The position numbers and the translations under genes were made by a program. Shown piece after piece: positions 47,600 to 47,744 of a stretch of DNA of 47,744 nt (position 1 is the first letter of the stretch; the number at the start of each line of letters is the position of its first letter). The DNA lies in contig FLMG01003682.1 in assembly GCA_900088475.1 (NCBI GenBank), positions 1 through 47,744 on the forward strand, in the 5' to 3' direction. The notes below the pieces were generated by a model. That model worked only from the letters and a program-made list of their open reading frames with translations, was not told the origin of the DNA and searched no databases. The stretch comes from Hyphochytrium catenoides (taxonomy: Eukaryota > Protista > Hyphochytriomycota).

Positions 47600-47744
47600 G
47601 TTTCGAGACTGCCGCCTTCTGCGCCCTTTCTTGCCGCCTTTCACGCTTCTTCTCCCCCCTCTTCTTCTTCTCCCCTCTTTTCTGCTGCTTCTTCTTCTCC
47701 TCCTGCTCCTGCCGCTGCTCCTGCTCCTGACAGCGCCCTCCCGG
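47600..47744 (+). mobile_element. Start of a third, strongly 5'-truncated CRE-like copy
   Basis: Encodes VSRLPPSAPFLA versus VSRLAPSAPFLA at 42655; 20-bp identity ccttctgcgccctttcttgc. Confidence 0.65.

Overview
Eukaryotic genomic DNA from an intron-rich protist, probably a stramenopile (inferred from sequence style only), with many (CT)n/(AG)n microsatellites and two assembly gaps. Positions 1-38.4 kb are gene-dense: importin-5 (+), ribosomal protein uS5/RPS2 (-), mitochondrial Oxa1 insertase (+), a coiled-coil orphan (-), a PP2C phosphatase (-), a beta-rich orphan (-) and a ~17-kb VPS13-family lipid-transfer gene (+). Positions ~38.5-47.7 kb are a transposon island: two inverted Helitron/Helentron-type elements flank truncated CRE-clade non-LTR retrotransposon copies, tandem repeats and an intact intronless secreted-protein ORF. 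Main observation: hand splicing shows the VPS13 protein carries PDZ, IQ, PH and C2-like modules and ends in an IQ motif plus a CaaX box (KKFCIIC*), with no recognisable terminal PH domain. The neighbouring PP2C lacks Gly2 and also ends in a polybasic CaaX (KKGSRCRVQ*). All gene models were spliced by eye and no searches were run.
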